From positions 1-39,692 of the forward strand of contig CAYFXC010000017.1 in NCBI GenBank assembly GCA_964347045.1: a stretch of 39,692 bases of DNA, written 5' to 3'. Under the pieces are notes generated by a model. The model saw only the letters and a program-made list of their open reading frames with translations. It was not told the DNA's origin and searched no databases. Numbering within the stretch: position 1 is the first letter of the stretch; each line of letters opens with the position of its first letter. Shown in pieces: positions 28,620-38,319 of the stretch. This DNA is from an uncultured archaeon (lineage in GTDB: Archaea; Asgardarchaeota; Hermodarchaeia; Hermodarchaeales; Hermodarchaeaceae). Made by a program: the position numbers and the translations under genes.

Positions 28620-29006
28620 CTACTCGGCTAAATCTTTCTTAACAGCTTCATAAAAACTCACTTCGTCTTCACCGCGGCGTTTCACCGTAATTTTTGGCTC
28701 GACGCCTTCTAATTTCCGTTGTACTAAAATCACGCCAGTTTTTGGTATCCGATTTATGAGTTGTCTTCGTAAATAAAGGGTAATTGCTAAATCTTCAATT
28801 CGATTGGCTATCGTAGGTTTAGTTTTTTTCAATTCCTCAAGATATTTAACGGCTTCTGGTAAAAAGAGCGTTTCTATGATCTTTTCTCGTTCTTTTTCGC
28901 GTTCTTTGATTTCATCCTTGATAGCTTCACGGCGCTCTTGCTCCTTGATTAGCGCCTGTATTTTACGTTCACGAATCCGTTTAAGCTCATCAGTATCTTG
29001 AGGCAT
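28620..29006 (-). CDS. PDCD5-family (dsDNA_bind) DNA-binding protein
   Basis: DELKRIRERKIQAL, LPEAVKYL, KPTIANRIED, KITVKRR; ATG 29006 follows agggtgg. Confidence 0.75.
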   Translation of the reverse strand: MPQDTDELKRIRERKIQALIKEQERREAIKDEIKEREKEREKIIETLFLPEAVKYLEELKKTKPTIANRIEDLAITLYLRRQLINRIPKTGVILVQRKLEGVEPKITVKRRGEDEVSFYEAVKKDLAE

Positions 29007-29110
29007 GTATGCCACCCTACGGCGAAAATGGGGCATCTGTCCAGTACTTTTATAGGTTTCGGGTTTTCTGACTTCTTGGTAAGAAAGTCGGCAAGGACCT
29101 GGGTATTTCT

Positions 29111-30199
29111 ATGAATTACGCTCGCCAATCGCAATTAACTATAATTACTGTACTCGGTCTCATATTGCTGGGTCTCCTTATACCTAATATTCCTTCAGCC
29201 TCATTGTTTATCAATTCAACTTCTAATATTGGTAGGTATTCGATTCAAGAATCATTAGAATTCAATGGCACTCGTGCCTTCACATATCTGGAAGAACAAT
29301 GTGCATTTGGTCCCCGACCTCCTGGATCTAATAATCTAACTGCTTGTGGAAATTATATCATTTCAACACTTGAAAGTCAAAACTGGACAGTTCAAACTCA
29401 AACTTGGGTTTATCAGGACACTCAGTTACGAAACATCATGGCCGGAGCTATTGCTTCTCCTGAATATGTGCTATTAGCACATTATGATACGCGCCCAATC
29501 GCTGATAGTGACCCTGATTCCTTGAATCATTCAAAACCGGTATTAGGTGCTAATGATGGTGCCAGTGGAGTTGCCATATTAATGGAACTTGCTGCTGTTC
29601 TGCCCGAGGAAGCTAAAGAAGTTACAATGCTTTTATTTGTAGACGCTGAAGATTCAGGTAATTACAATGGCTGGGACTGGATTGTTGGCTCAACCTACTT
29701 TGTGGACAGCTTGAGCATCGCACAAATTTCGAACATTAACGCCGCTATCTTGTTAGATATGGTAGGAGATGCTGACCTTCAAATTCGACGTGAAATGTTT
29801 TCCACTGAGACTCTGGTTGATACTATCTGGCAAATCGCGGAGAACCTTAACTATGATAATATTTTTCTGAACATAGATGGACCTGCGGTGCTAGATGACC
29901 ATCGCCCGTTCCTAGACGTAGGAGTTCCGGCTATCGATATTATCGACTTATCATATCCTTTCTGGCATACGCTCGAGGATACTCCTGATAAATGCTCTGC
30001 TGCCTCCTTGGAGGCAGTGGGGCGAGTTGTTGAATCATTTATCGAAACCCAATTGATAACCCCAACGCCTTTTACCACTCCTGAACCACCAGATCCTTTC
30101 CCACTTCAATTAGGAATAATAATTGCCATTCCCCTTGTAGTTGTTGGACTCATAATTTGGTTTATTTATCGGCAAAAAATTCAAACACGTATTACATGA
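29111..30199 (+). CDS. M28 family peptidase / glutaminyl cyclase-like, membrane-anchored
   Basis: FGPRPPGS, AHYDTR, GANDGASG, FVDAED, LLDMVG, DDHRPF, WHT; N-terminal signal/TM and C-terminal TM. Confidence 0.88.
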   Translation: MNYARQSQLTIITVLGLILLGLLIPNIPSASLFINSTSNIGRYSIQESLEFNGTRAFTYLEEQCAFGPRPPGSNNLTACGNYIISTLESQNWTVQTQTWVYQDTQLRNIMAGAIASPEYVLLAHYDTRPIADSDPDSLNHSKPVLGANDGASGVAILMELAAVLPEEAKEVTMLLFVDAEDSGNYNGWDWIVGSTYFVDSLSIAQISNINAAILLDMVGDADLQIRREMFSTETLVDTIWQIAENLNYDNIFLNIDGPAVLDDHRPFLDVGVPAIDIIDLSYPFWHTLEDTPDKCSAASLEAVGRVVESFIETQLITPTPFTTPEPPDPFPLQLGIIIAIPLVVVGLIIWFIYRQKIQTRIT

Positions 30200-30381
30200 A
30201 AATAATAATCAATCTAGACAAAAATATTCTAAGACAAAACCAAACATTTTAAAGTTGGTGAAGGGGTATCGGTTCTCCTCACCATGTTGCAGGAGGAGCT
30301 CCTAGTCCCTTCTGCAATACGTCACTGGACAACTGGTGAAACCAGCATACAAACAAACTAGAGATAGAGGAAACTACCATA

Positions 30382-30837
30382 ATGTCTAAAGAAACAGAAT
30401 CTGCTGAGACTACTAAAACCGAAGCAGCCAAAGCGGAAGAGCCTAAAGCTGAAGAAGAAAAGGCCAAAAAGGCTACTAAGAAAAAAGAGACTAAACCCAA
30501 AACTGAAGCTAAGGCCGAAACCAAAGCTGAACCAAAAGCCGAAGCTCCTAAATCACGACGTGATGAAAGTGTCGTGTTTGTTGGTAGCAAACCATTGATG
30601 AGTTATATCACTGCCTGTGTTACTCAACTTAACCGAAATCCTGAAGAACTCGTGATCAAGGCTCGGGGACGCGCTATCAGTCGCGCTGTCGACGTTGCTG
30701 AAGTGCTGCGAAACCGATTCATGCCTGATCTCAAAGTGCGTAACATCGACATCTCTACAGAACAAGTCAAAACCGCAGAGGGCAACGTTGCAAACGTCTC
30801 AGCGATGGAGATTACATTGGTTCGCGGAATGACATAA
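30382..30837 (+). CDS. albA: DNA/RNA-binding protein Alba with long N-terminal K/E/A-rich extension
   Basis: [44 protein letters not shown]. Confidence 0.93.
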   Translation: MSKETESAETTKTEAAKAEEPKAEEEKAKKATKKKETKPKTEAKAETKAEPKAEAPKSRRDESVVFVGSKPLMSYITACVTQLNRNPEELVIKARGRAISRAVDVAEVLRNRFMPDLKVRNIDISTEQVKTAEGNVANVSAMEITLVRGMT

Positions 30838-31066
30838 TACCGCATACAACCTTTGAACCACGGACCAATCGAGTAATCACAGATTGCTTCGCATGCCATT
30901 CCGGCAGGTGAGAACGCTCTGCTAATTTAAGCATCAGCGTTCATCCCTCCTTTCTTTTTGCCGGACTAGGAGAGAGGATATGCTTTTCATCCAAAACATC
31001 AAAAATGGGAGAAGAAATTCATTAGCTGTATTTGGAGGAATGCAAATGGCGCGTCGGATAGGCCCT

Positions 31067-32040
31067 TTGATACCCAAAATTGTCCAACTCTTATCTATTG
31101 GTGATGCCAATATCGAATTGGTTTTTTTTGCCTTTGGAAAAGATGCCTCGGTTTGGTCAAGAGATTGTTGTTCCAATGTTCATTTTACGAGCCGCAGGAT
31201 CTGCAGCGAATTTTGCAATTTGTGGAGCTAGCCTTGGAGTAAAAACTGGATTTGCTGGTCGATTAGCGGTCGACTCTTTTGTAGAAATTGTGTTGAAAGC
31301 TTTTCGCGAGGTGGATGTAGATACAAAGTGCTTACAATTAGTTGAAGACTCAATAACCGGGGTAACTGCAGTGATGATTCGAATAGACGGAGAACGAGGA
31401 TTTGTTACCCTTCAAGGAACCAACGCTGAATTATAATTCGAAGCTCTTGAGAGCTGCCTGAAAAACTGAAACTCCGCCGCGTTGGGTTCATCTAGCTGGG
31501 TATCATTTACTTGACTCTTTGCATGGTAAACCTGCAATAAGATTATTAAAACTGGCTCAATCTCAGGGAGCTACAACATCGTTAGATACAGGTTGGGATC
31601 CTGCTGGCTGGTCTAATGAAACAAAAGGAACTATATTAGATCTGTTCCCGTTCACTGATGTATTTTTTCCCAATGCTAATGAAGTTAGAGCTCTCACAAG
31701 AGAACGTAGTCCTCGGAAGGGAGTTGATACGCTTTTGAAATCCGGAGCCCCAACATTAGTTGTAAAATTAGGAGCAAAGGGTTGTTTACTGGCAACGAAA
31801 AAAGATGTGAATTTAGTTCCGGGTTTTAATGTCGAAGTTGTGGATACCATAGCGGCTGGAGATGCATTCGATGCAGGTTTTGTAGTAAGTATGCTTTCAG
31901 AAGCCACAATGGGGCGTACCGCAGTGTTTGCTAATGCCGTAGCAGCCCTTCGAGTCTCACGTCATCCTGATCAACCGCTATTTCCCAGCCTACAAGAAAC
32001 TTCGGCATTTCTTACGCGAAACCGTCCCTTAGTGGTTTGA
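31067..32040 (+). pseudogene. PfkB-family carbohydrate kinase, disrupted
   Basis: IGDANIE, AGSAANFA, GERGF, SLDTGWDP, FFPNANE, VVKLGAKG, VDTIAAGDAFDAGF. Broken by a frameshift at T8 (31122-31129), an in-frame TAA (31434-31436) and a second frameshift near 31461-31465. The start is approximate. Confidence 0.82.
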
Positions 32041-33588
32041 ATAGACGCATCTTCCACCGACGTAAGTTGCAAGCACTTTGACGTCTTTCAATTCTTTTGG
32101 ATCAATTTCGAATGGATTCTGACTAAGGACAACGAAATCAGCTAGTTTCCCAGGGGTTAGAGATCCTTTATTGTTCTCATCAAAACTTGCATAGGCCGCA
32201 TCAATTGTATACAATCGAATGGCTTCTTCTGTGGTAATTTGAATTGAGGGATACGGATGTGTTGCTGCTGAGTATATACCATACAAAGGATCCATGGGCA
32301 TACAATCAGATCCAAATGCTACTTTGATTCCTGCATCGAGAATTCGCCGGAAATTATTCAACTGTTTAGCACGTTTAGGTCCGAGACGAGAATCATACAT
32401 ACCATTGGGTAATCCCCATCGATGAACAAAATTAGGCTGTTGAAGCAAAAGCAGTTCTAAACGCTTTACCCGCTCAATCAGCGGGGATGTGAGAAACTCC
32501 GCGTGAATAATTGTATGGCGCAATCTGTTCACAAACTCGCGTCTACTCTTATTTTCGTGCGTACGAATAACCATGTCAATAGCTCGGTCTCCTATTGCAT
32601 GGGTGCTTACTTGAAGCCCCAGCGCATTAGCTGTAGTAATCAGGAAGGTATAGTCCTTTTCGTCAAACAATATCAATCCATCCGTATCCGGTTTATCATA
32701 ATATGGTTCAGAAATTGCAGCAGTTTGAGCTCCTATTGATCCGTCAATGAAGACTTTTACTCCGCCCAAACGAAAGTAATCATCACCCAATCCAGTTGGC
32801 GCTCCAAGACCTGCAAGCAAATCAAGAAGTTTCGCTTCCAGGTTTAAGTAGATTCGAACAGTCAGCTCCCCCCGTTGCCGGAGTCTGAGATATGTGGCGA
32901 TAAATGGAAGTTGTTGATTGTATAAATTCTCGTGGATAGAGGTTATACCCACGCTGTTGGCAAAGCGACATCCTTCCATAAGCACAGTTGAAAAATCATC
33001 TTCATCCGATTGGAATTTTTGAATGTCGATAGGAATCTCCCGAAGGATGCCGGTCGGTTCACCCGTTTTAATATCTCGGTCAATCCCAGGATTATCTAAA
33101 TTTAAATCTAATTTTTTGAGGGTCACAGAATTCACACTAATTAAGTGACCACAAACTCGAATTAAGATGACTGGATTATTAGGAGTGAAGGGATCAAGAT
33201 CCTCTTTGGTTAGGTACCGGGGAGTTTCCCAGTTACTCTCATCCCAGTTATATCCTAGAATTAATTTGCCTTTTGGAGATTCATCGACTTTTTCCTTCAC
33301 TAGTCGAAGTGCGTCTTCTACTGAAGCGGTATTTCCAAAATCAAGGTGTAAAATCTTACGACCTAAACCCACTAGATGTGCATGGGTATCAATGAAACCG
33401 GGCAAGATTGTACGTCCTTTCATATCAATGGTCTTTGTTGCATGACTTTGAAATATCTCAACCTCAGCATTACTTCCTATAGCGATGATGCGTTCATTGG
33501 TTATCACCATGGCTTCAGCCTTCGGTATTTGTGAATCCATAGTTCTGATATCCGCATTAATAATTGCAAGATCAACTTGAGAAGGCAT
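32029..33588 (-). CDS. amidohydrolase 3 family (YtcJ-like) metal-dependent hydrolase
   Basis: LPGFIDTHAH, GVKVFIDGSIG, HAIGDRA, IIHAE, FGSD, GSLTPGKLADFVVL. Confidence 0.92.
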   Translation of the reverse strand: MPSQVDLAIINADIRTMDSQIPKAEAMVITNERIIAIGSNAEVEIFQSHATKTIDMKGRTILPGFIDTHAHLVGLGRKILHLDFGNTASVEDALRLVKEKVDESPKGKLILGYNWDESNWETPRYLTKEDLDPFTPNNPVILIRVCGHLISVNSVTLKKLDLNLDNPGIDRDIKTGEPTGILREIPIDIQKFQSDEDDFSTVLMEGCRFANSVGITSIHENLYNQQLPFIATYLRLRQRGELTVRIYLNLEAKLLDLLAGLGAPTGLGDDYFRLGGVKVFIDGSIGAQTAAISEPYYDKPDTDGLILFDEKDYTFLITTANALGLQVSTHAIGDRAIDMVIRTHENKSRREFVNRLRHTIIHAEFLTSPLIERVKRLELLLLQQPNFVHRWGLPNGMYDSRLGPKRAKQLNNFRRILDAGIKVAFGSDCMPMDPLYGIYSAATHPYPSIQITTEEAIRLYTIDAAYASFDENNKGSLTPGKLADFVVLSQNPFEIDPKELKDVKVLATYVGGRCVYSNH

Positions 33589-33760
33589 TGATTTTAACAC
33601 TCCCTGTCAAAGGGCTGGTCAAAGAATACGTCACCACTTCAATTATCTTTGTTTACCATTTTTGAAGAGCGATGAAATTTTCCATTATTAGATCTATGAT
33701 GGCTTTTTCCAAAGAGTTTTTTCTTTGGGTGCCTATCTGCTACTGCGTTGGTGACTCTTC

Positions 33761-34309
33761 GTGGAAGCAACCGATGTATGGATTGTGATAATCCATGGTG
33801 AAGCTGAAGGTCAAGATGTGAGAGTCGCCCTTGATTTTCAAAACACGGGGACATTACTCGGACCGCGTAACTTCATCGTCGGTGATGCATTCATGAACCA
33901 ATTTCTTGATCTAATTCAAACTCAGGAACGCTGGGTCATCAAAACTGTAATTGAAGAGGTAAGAACTCCACAAGAAACCAAACTTTCACTCAATACGCCG
34001 TTATTCGCGATTTTAACGAAAAGTTATCCTCGGGGGCTTTCTGCAGGTGCATTGTTTATAATTGAGGAAGTTGCGCTAAATCTTGAAGAGATTTCCCAGG
34101 AACCTGTTATGACAACGAATTTCATTTTTGAAAAAACAAAACGATTTGCACTCGTTGGGTTATCTCCTGTAGGATTTACCGCTGCTTGTGCTGAAGATTC
34201 TAAACTCTTCACTCGATTCATTTCACGGCTCCTTAAACGTCCTGAAGCCTTTGAGGAGGTATCTTTACTTCTTCCTCGAGACAACCAATTTAGACAGGTC
34301 TTTAAGTAA
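33761..34309 (+). CDS. hypothetical protein (possible divergent roadblock-like C-terminal half)
   Basis: GTG start after ggtga; clean 182-aa ORF filling the gap. The fold guess comes from hydrophobic pattern only. Confidence 0.6.
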   Translation: MEATDVWIVIIHGEAEGQDVRVALDFQNTGTLLGPRNFIVGDAFMNQFLDLIQTQERWVIKTVIEEVRTPQETKLSLNTPLFAILTKSYPRGLSAGALFIIEEVALNLEEISQEPVMTTNFIFEKTKRFALVGLSPVGFTAACAEDSKLFTRFISRLLKRPEAFEEVSLLLPRDNQFRQVFK

Positions 34310-34318
34310 GATTTTTGG

Positions 34319-35086
34319 TTAATCCTTTTTCGCCTTCATTACGAGGAAGAATGGAATTCGATGCTCCCGCTCAAAAAAGGGTTGATTATTGCGTGGTCGT
34401 GGCTCTTCAAATGCTGTTAATCGAAATTTTGCGTTAAGCAGTGTTTTGACATATGTACTAATTGTTCGATGAAAAAAGCTGAATTCTTGTGGAAACCCCT
34501 CTCCCTTTCTTGTTTTCCATCGTACTCGATATTCCTTCTCTACAAAGTATTCATCCATTACAAAGTGTTTACCTCGTCGACGTCTTGACCGAGGATCTTT
34601 CTCTCCTAGCTTCCACTGTCCTGGCCCATAGACATTGAACGCTGGATGAACGATTGAAAAAATCAGGAAGCCCTTGGGTCGAAGCACCCGATGGAATTCT
34701 AATACGCATTCGTTCAAACAATCAAGATTCAAGAGTACCAGGTTACATAAGATGATATCAAATTCCTCATTTTGGAAGTCTTTTAGCTCACATAGATTTC
34801 CAACCAGAAATCTAATTTTATTTTTTTGAGCATGTTTTTTACTAATCTCAATTAGAGTTGGAGAGAAATCAACACCTACAACATCAGCGCCTTTTTGGGC
34901 GTAGTATTTTGAAAGATATCCATCCCCACAACCTGCATCTAGAATTCGGCGTCCTTGGACATTCCCCATTAACCGTTCAATACAAGGGTTGAGTATTTCA
35001 CGATGATGCGGTGTACCTTCTCTGTTAATTAATTGAGCATAGGCTTCAGCATTAGCTTGCCATTGACGACGAAGCTGATCAGTCAT
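34319..35086 (-). CDS. class I SAM-dependent methyltransferase
   Basis: ILDAGCGDG, GVDFS, FDIILCNLVL, RVLRPKG, FSIVHP. Confidence 0.9.
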   Translation of the reverse strand: MTDQLRRQWQANAEAYAQLINREGTPHHREILNPCIERLMGNVQGRRILDAGCGDGYLSKYYAQKGADVVGVDFSPTLIEISKKHAQKNKIRFLVGNLCELKDFQNEEFDIILCNLVLLNLDCLNECVLEFHRVLRPKGFLIFSIVHPAFNVYGPGQWKLGEKDPRSRRRRGKHFVMDEYFVEKEYRVRWKTRKGEGFPQEFSFFHRTISTYVKTLLNAKFRLTAFEEPRPRNNQPFFEREHRIPFFLVMKAKKD

Positions 35087-35137
35087 GAATATTTGTTGTA
35101 GTGAATGGTCTATTAGACTGTGACGACTATTATTGAA

Positions 35138-35752
35138 TCATGTTTTTCCTGCATCAGTGATTTCATCGAAAGAAGCTACAAGGCGTCCTGTGTATCTGTT
35201 TATAGCAAGTGTTAGAATTTGCATGATTAAAGTTGTGATAATTACACCTAAAGCGATAAACACGATTATTAATCCTATCTCATAGAAGAGACTTCCAGTC
35301 AATCCCATTAGATTTAGCCATGCGGCACCCCATGGTTGAAGAAGGTACTTCCAAACCAAATAATATCCATAGATGCCTGCAACTAGTACAAATAATGTTG
35401 ATATGGCAAACAGGGTTAGAACAGTTTTTGTTGCCGAGTCGTCTGCGTCTATTTGCCCTACACCACGACCAACAATGAACCTTCTTACTCTACCATGAAA
35501 TCGGAGAAATACTCCAAGGAGCCAAACGAATAGAAGAAAGGTAAAACCCCCTCCTAGCAACAGGATGAAGATGAGAATATCGTCGTTTGCCACTAAGATT
35601 ATCCAAATGCCTGATAGCATTAGAAGAAAAATGATTCCCGCTCCTAAGAGAATGAGAAACGAGAGGAGTTGTAAACCAAAGGTAACTGAAGCAATTCCGC
35701 CGAAGACACGATCCCAGTCAATTGAACGTTTTTCCTCAGAATTTGTGGACAT
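35138..35752 (-). CDS. 4-TM membrane protein
   Basis: Four hydrophobic segments; ATG 35752 follows ggagtg. Confidence 0.7.
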   Translation of the reverse strand: MSTNSEEKRSIDWDRVFGGIASVTFGLQLLSFLILLGAGIIFLLMLSGIWIILVANDDILIFILLLGGGFTFLLFVWLLGVFLRFHGRVRRFIVGRGVGQIDADDSATKTVLTLFAISTLFVLVAGIYGYYLVWKYLLQPWGAAWLNLMGLTGSLFYEIGLIIVFIALGVIITTLIMQILTLAINRYTGRLVASFDEITDAGKT

Positions 35753-36063
35753 AAATAACACTCCGTTGAAACATTATTCCATTACTAACCCCAAGTAAAT
35801 CGAAAAAGCTTTGCTTTTTGGGAGAAAGGATAATATGCACTATTCGTTGCCAGTCTATTTTTAAGACATATTTTGCGAATCTTGCTTTTACTGAGTTATG
35901 GGAGTTCTTTTTCATCATTCCAAGGATTTCTGTTGATGTTCGAACGGTTACTTCTTGTTTTCCAGTGATATTTTACTACATTCTTTGGATAACGGAATTA
36001 TATTCTACTGTAAAAGAGTGCATCTAGTTCTCGTCTTTTTTTCTTGTCAAGTTAGAATTTTTT

Positions 36064-36429
36064 TTAAACTTGAGAAATTTTTGCACGATGTGAAGCAAAA
36101 GCAGAAGCAAAAAATGCAATACAATTCAATGGTAAAAGAACTTCACCATATAATGCAACGTAAATCGCAATTATAATAAACACAATACCTACTCCCAATA
36201 TGGGGATGAAGCCATATCGTAAGTGCCACTTGTTTTCACTCATTAGATACCCTGCCCAACCGATGAATGCCAACACTAGGGGTAATGGTAAAAGTAATCG
36301 AAAAAATATTGATGTATCAGTTAACCATGATTCAATAGTTATTGATAGAAGGGAATATCCCCAGTAGAAATGAATCACCGGAAAGAACTGGATATGAAGT
36401 AAAGGAATAATATACCCAATTAAAGCCAA
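36064..36429 (-). CDS. small membrane protein (possibly degraded at the 5' end)
   Basis: Hydrophobic 121-aa ORF with a TTG start and no clear RBS. Confidence 0.45.
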   Translation of the reverse strand: MALIGYIIPLLHIQFFPVIHFYWGYSLLSITIESWLTDTSIFFRLLLPLPLVLAFIGWAGYLMSENKWHLRYGFIPILGVGIVFIIIAIYVALYGEVLLPLNCIAFFASAFASHRAKISQV

Positions 36430-36616
36430 AATTGGGGCAAATGTTATCTACACTTTTCGGGAAAACTCGACCATTCCTTAGACCTCATGCTTCGTAAACA
36501 CTGCATAATTACAAAAGCATTACTAAAGGTGGCGTAAACTTTGGTTTCTTAATAGAATGTAAGACTGTTTTCTATGGATTCTTTTCTTGGGCTTTAATGC
36601 CCTTCACCCGTCTTGC

Positions 36617-37180
36617 CTAAACGCTAATTTCCTTTTCTAATTCTTCTACAATTTGCTTGTAGCGTTTATGGACTTCTTTGCCGCCAAGTATATTATCAAA
36701 ACGGTCAAAATCAGCTTTTATTTTGTCTTTTTCGACCTTGCTCAGCACTTCAACCATGGCAGGAAAGACGTCTTCTTCTTCCATTTTGAAGTGGGGTTGC
36801 ATGATATCTAGATACCTGTTAACTGCAGTTATGATCTTATTTCGCGCACCTGGTTTACCTCCGTGATATGATCGAATTCCCTTATGCATTTCGTTAGCAA
36901 GATCCAATGCTTCAATGTGTTCTTCGATAAGTACACCGATGTTAGCATAAACTTCTGCAGGTAAATCAGTGTCATGTTCTCGCATTTGTTCAAAGAGAAT
37001 ATCTTCTTCTTTGCTATGGTGAATGACGTCTGCGTATCCACGAATGAACTCGACTAATTTCCAGAAAATTGGGGTTGGAATTTCTTCTTCATCTCTTAGC
37101 TTATTCCGGACCTTGTTAATAATAGTAAAAACTCTATCAACTAATTTATGTTCATCAAGTAACCTGTCAATCGGGTACAT
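36617..37180 (-). CDS. hemerythrin (HHE) domain protein
   Basis: LLDEH, YADVIHHSKEEDILF, LIEEH, HFKMEEEDVFP; ATG 37180 follows gagggtg. Confidence 0.9.
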   Translation of the reverse strand: MYPIDRLLDEHKLVDRVFTIINKVRNKLRDEEEIPTPIFWKLVEFIRGYADVIHHSKEEDILFEQMREHDTDLPAEVYANIGVLIEEHIEALDLANEMHKGIRSYHGGKPGARNKIITAVNRYLDIMQPHFKMEEEDVFPAMVEVLSKVEKDKIKADFDRFDNILGGKEVHKRYKQIVEELEKEISV

Positions 37181-37298
37181 TAGAGACACCCTCTGCGTCC
37201 AAAGTGTACCCCCGTTACTCATCTACTCTTCAAAAAACTTGCCTTTCTGCAATGTTTTTAGATAAAACCAGTACATCGAAGGCTTCAAGATAAGATTA

Positions 37299-38249
37299 TT
37301 GAAGGTTTTTTGGCGATTTGGAATGGTGGTTCCTCCCGAGCTTTTTCTTGTCGGTGTGTTCATGGGGCTCCTGGGTGCAGCCCTTTTCGGCGTTTCTAAT
37401 GTTGTATACAAATCGCAAAGCGCTGAAATTCAGCCAATCGCTATCAACGCATTCAAAATGTGGATTGCACTTCCTGTTATTGCTTTTGTTGTATTTTTGC
37501 TGTTTTTTCCGACTGGATTTAACGTTCCACTCGCCTCCATTCCCTTTTTAGCTTCATCTATAATCTTAGGTGCGGGGATTGGTGACCTTTTTTATTTAAC
37601 TAGCCAATCACGAATTGGGGTTTCCCGAGCTTTTCCAATCGCCATGACATTTCCAATTATAACATATTTCTTCTCAATTATCTTTCTTCATGAGGTCCTA
37701 CTTATCACTCGCCTTATTGGAGTAATTCTTTCGGTACTTGGAATTAGTGTTATAACCCGTGAACAAGCGTTACAAGAAAAAGATGAATTACACGTAACTA
37801 AAGGGCAATCGAGTTATTTATGGGATTTACTCGGTATTGTGTTTGCAATTATTGCAGCATTTAGCTGGGCTACAGCGACAGTTATTCTTCAAATTGGCTT
37901 AGTTAATGCGGATCCCATCGATGCTAATCTTATTCGTATTTCAATTGGGGCTTTCTTTTTACTTCCTATCTTTCTTTTAGGCCGAAAACAAGGTATGGCT
38001 ATGCCATCTAAACGAGCAACCAAATTTGTACTAATTGCTGGATTTTTCGGAATGGGAATTGGATCTATCTTATATGTCAACGCGGTTTTCCTCACTGGGG
38101 CCGCAGTGACCTCAGTTATTGCTGCAACTGCACCTCTTTTTGCCCTCCCATTTACGGTTATTTATCTTAAAGAGAAAGTTACACTACTAATACTACTCGG
38201 TACAATTCTCTCAATCTGTGGAGTCTGGTTAGTTATCTTAGGATTTTAA
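37299..38249 (+). CDS. EamA/DMT family transporter
   Basis: About 10 TM segments; IGVSRAFPI, FLHEV, YLKEKVT. Likely start ATG 37323. Confidence 0.88.
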   Translation: MKVFWRFGMVVPPELFLVGVFMGLLGAALFGVSNVVYKSQSAEIQPIAINAFKMWIALPVIAFVVFLLFFPTGFNVPLASIPFLASSIILGAGIGDLFYLTSQSRIGVSRAFPIAMTFPIITYFFSIIFLHEVLLITRLIGVILSVLGISVITREQALQEKDELHVTKGQSSYLWDLLGIVFAIIAAFSWATATVILQIGLVNADPIDANLIRISIGAFFLLPIFLLGRKQGMAMPSKRATKFVLIAGFFGMGIGSILYVNAVFLTGAAVTSVIAATAPLFALPFTVIYLKEKVTLLILLGTILSICGVWLVILGF

Positions 38250-38319
38250 AAAAAAGAAAAATAATGCGAACTAGTATTACAGTGTAAACTACTTCGCAAT
38301 TGGAAATCAACTTAAGTAT

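Noticed and set aside
30279-30899. - strand ORFs over alba
   Set aside because: Antisense shadows of a well-supported gene.
30900-30965. SECIS element
   Set aside because: alba ends in TAA and no credible in-frame UGA selenoprotein was found nearby.
34319-35086. Bacillithiol N-methyltransferase (NmbA)
   Set aside because: Generic class I methyltransferase about 8 kb from the bsh genes with no diagnostic evidence.
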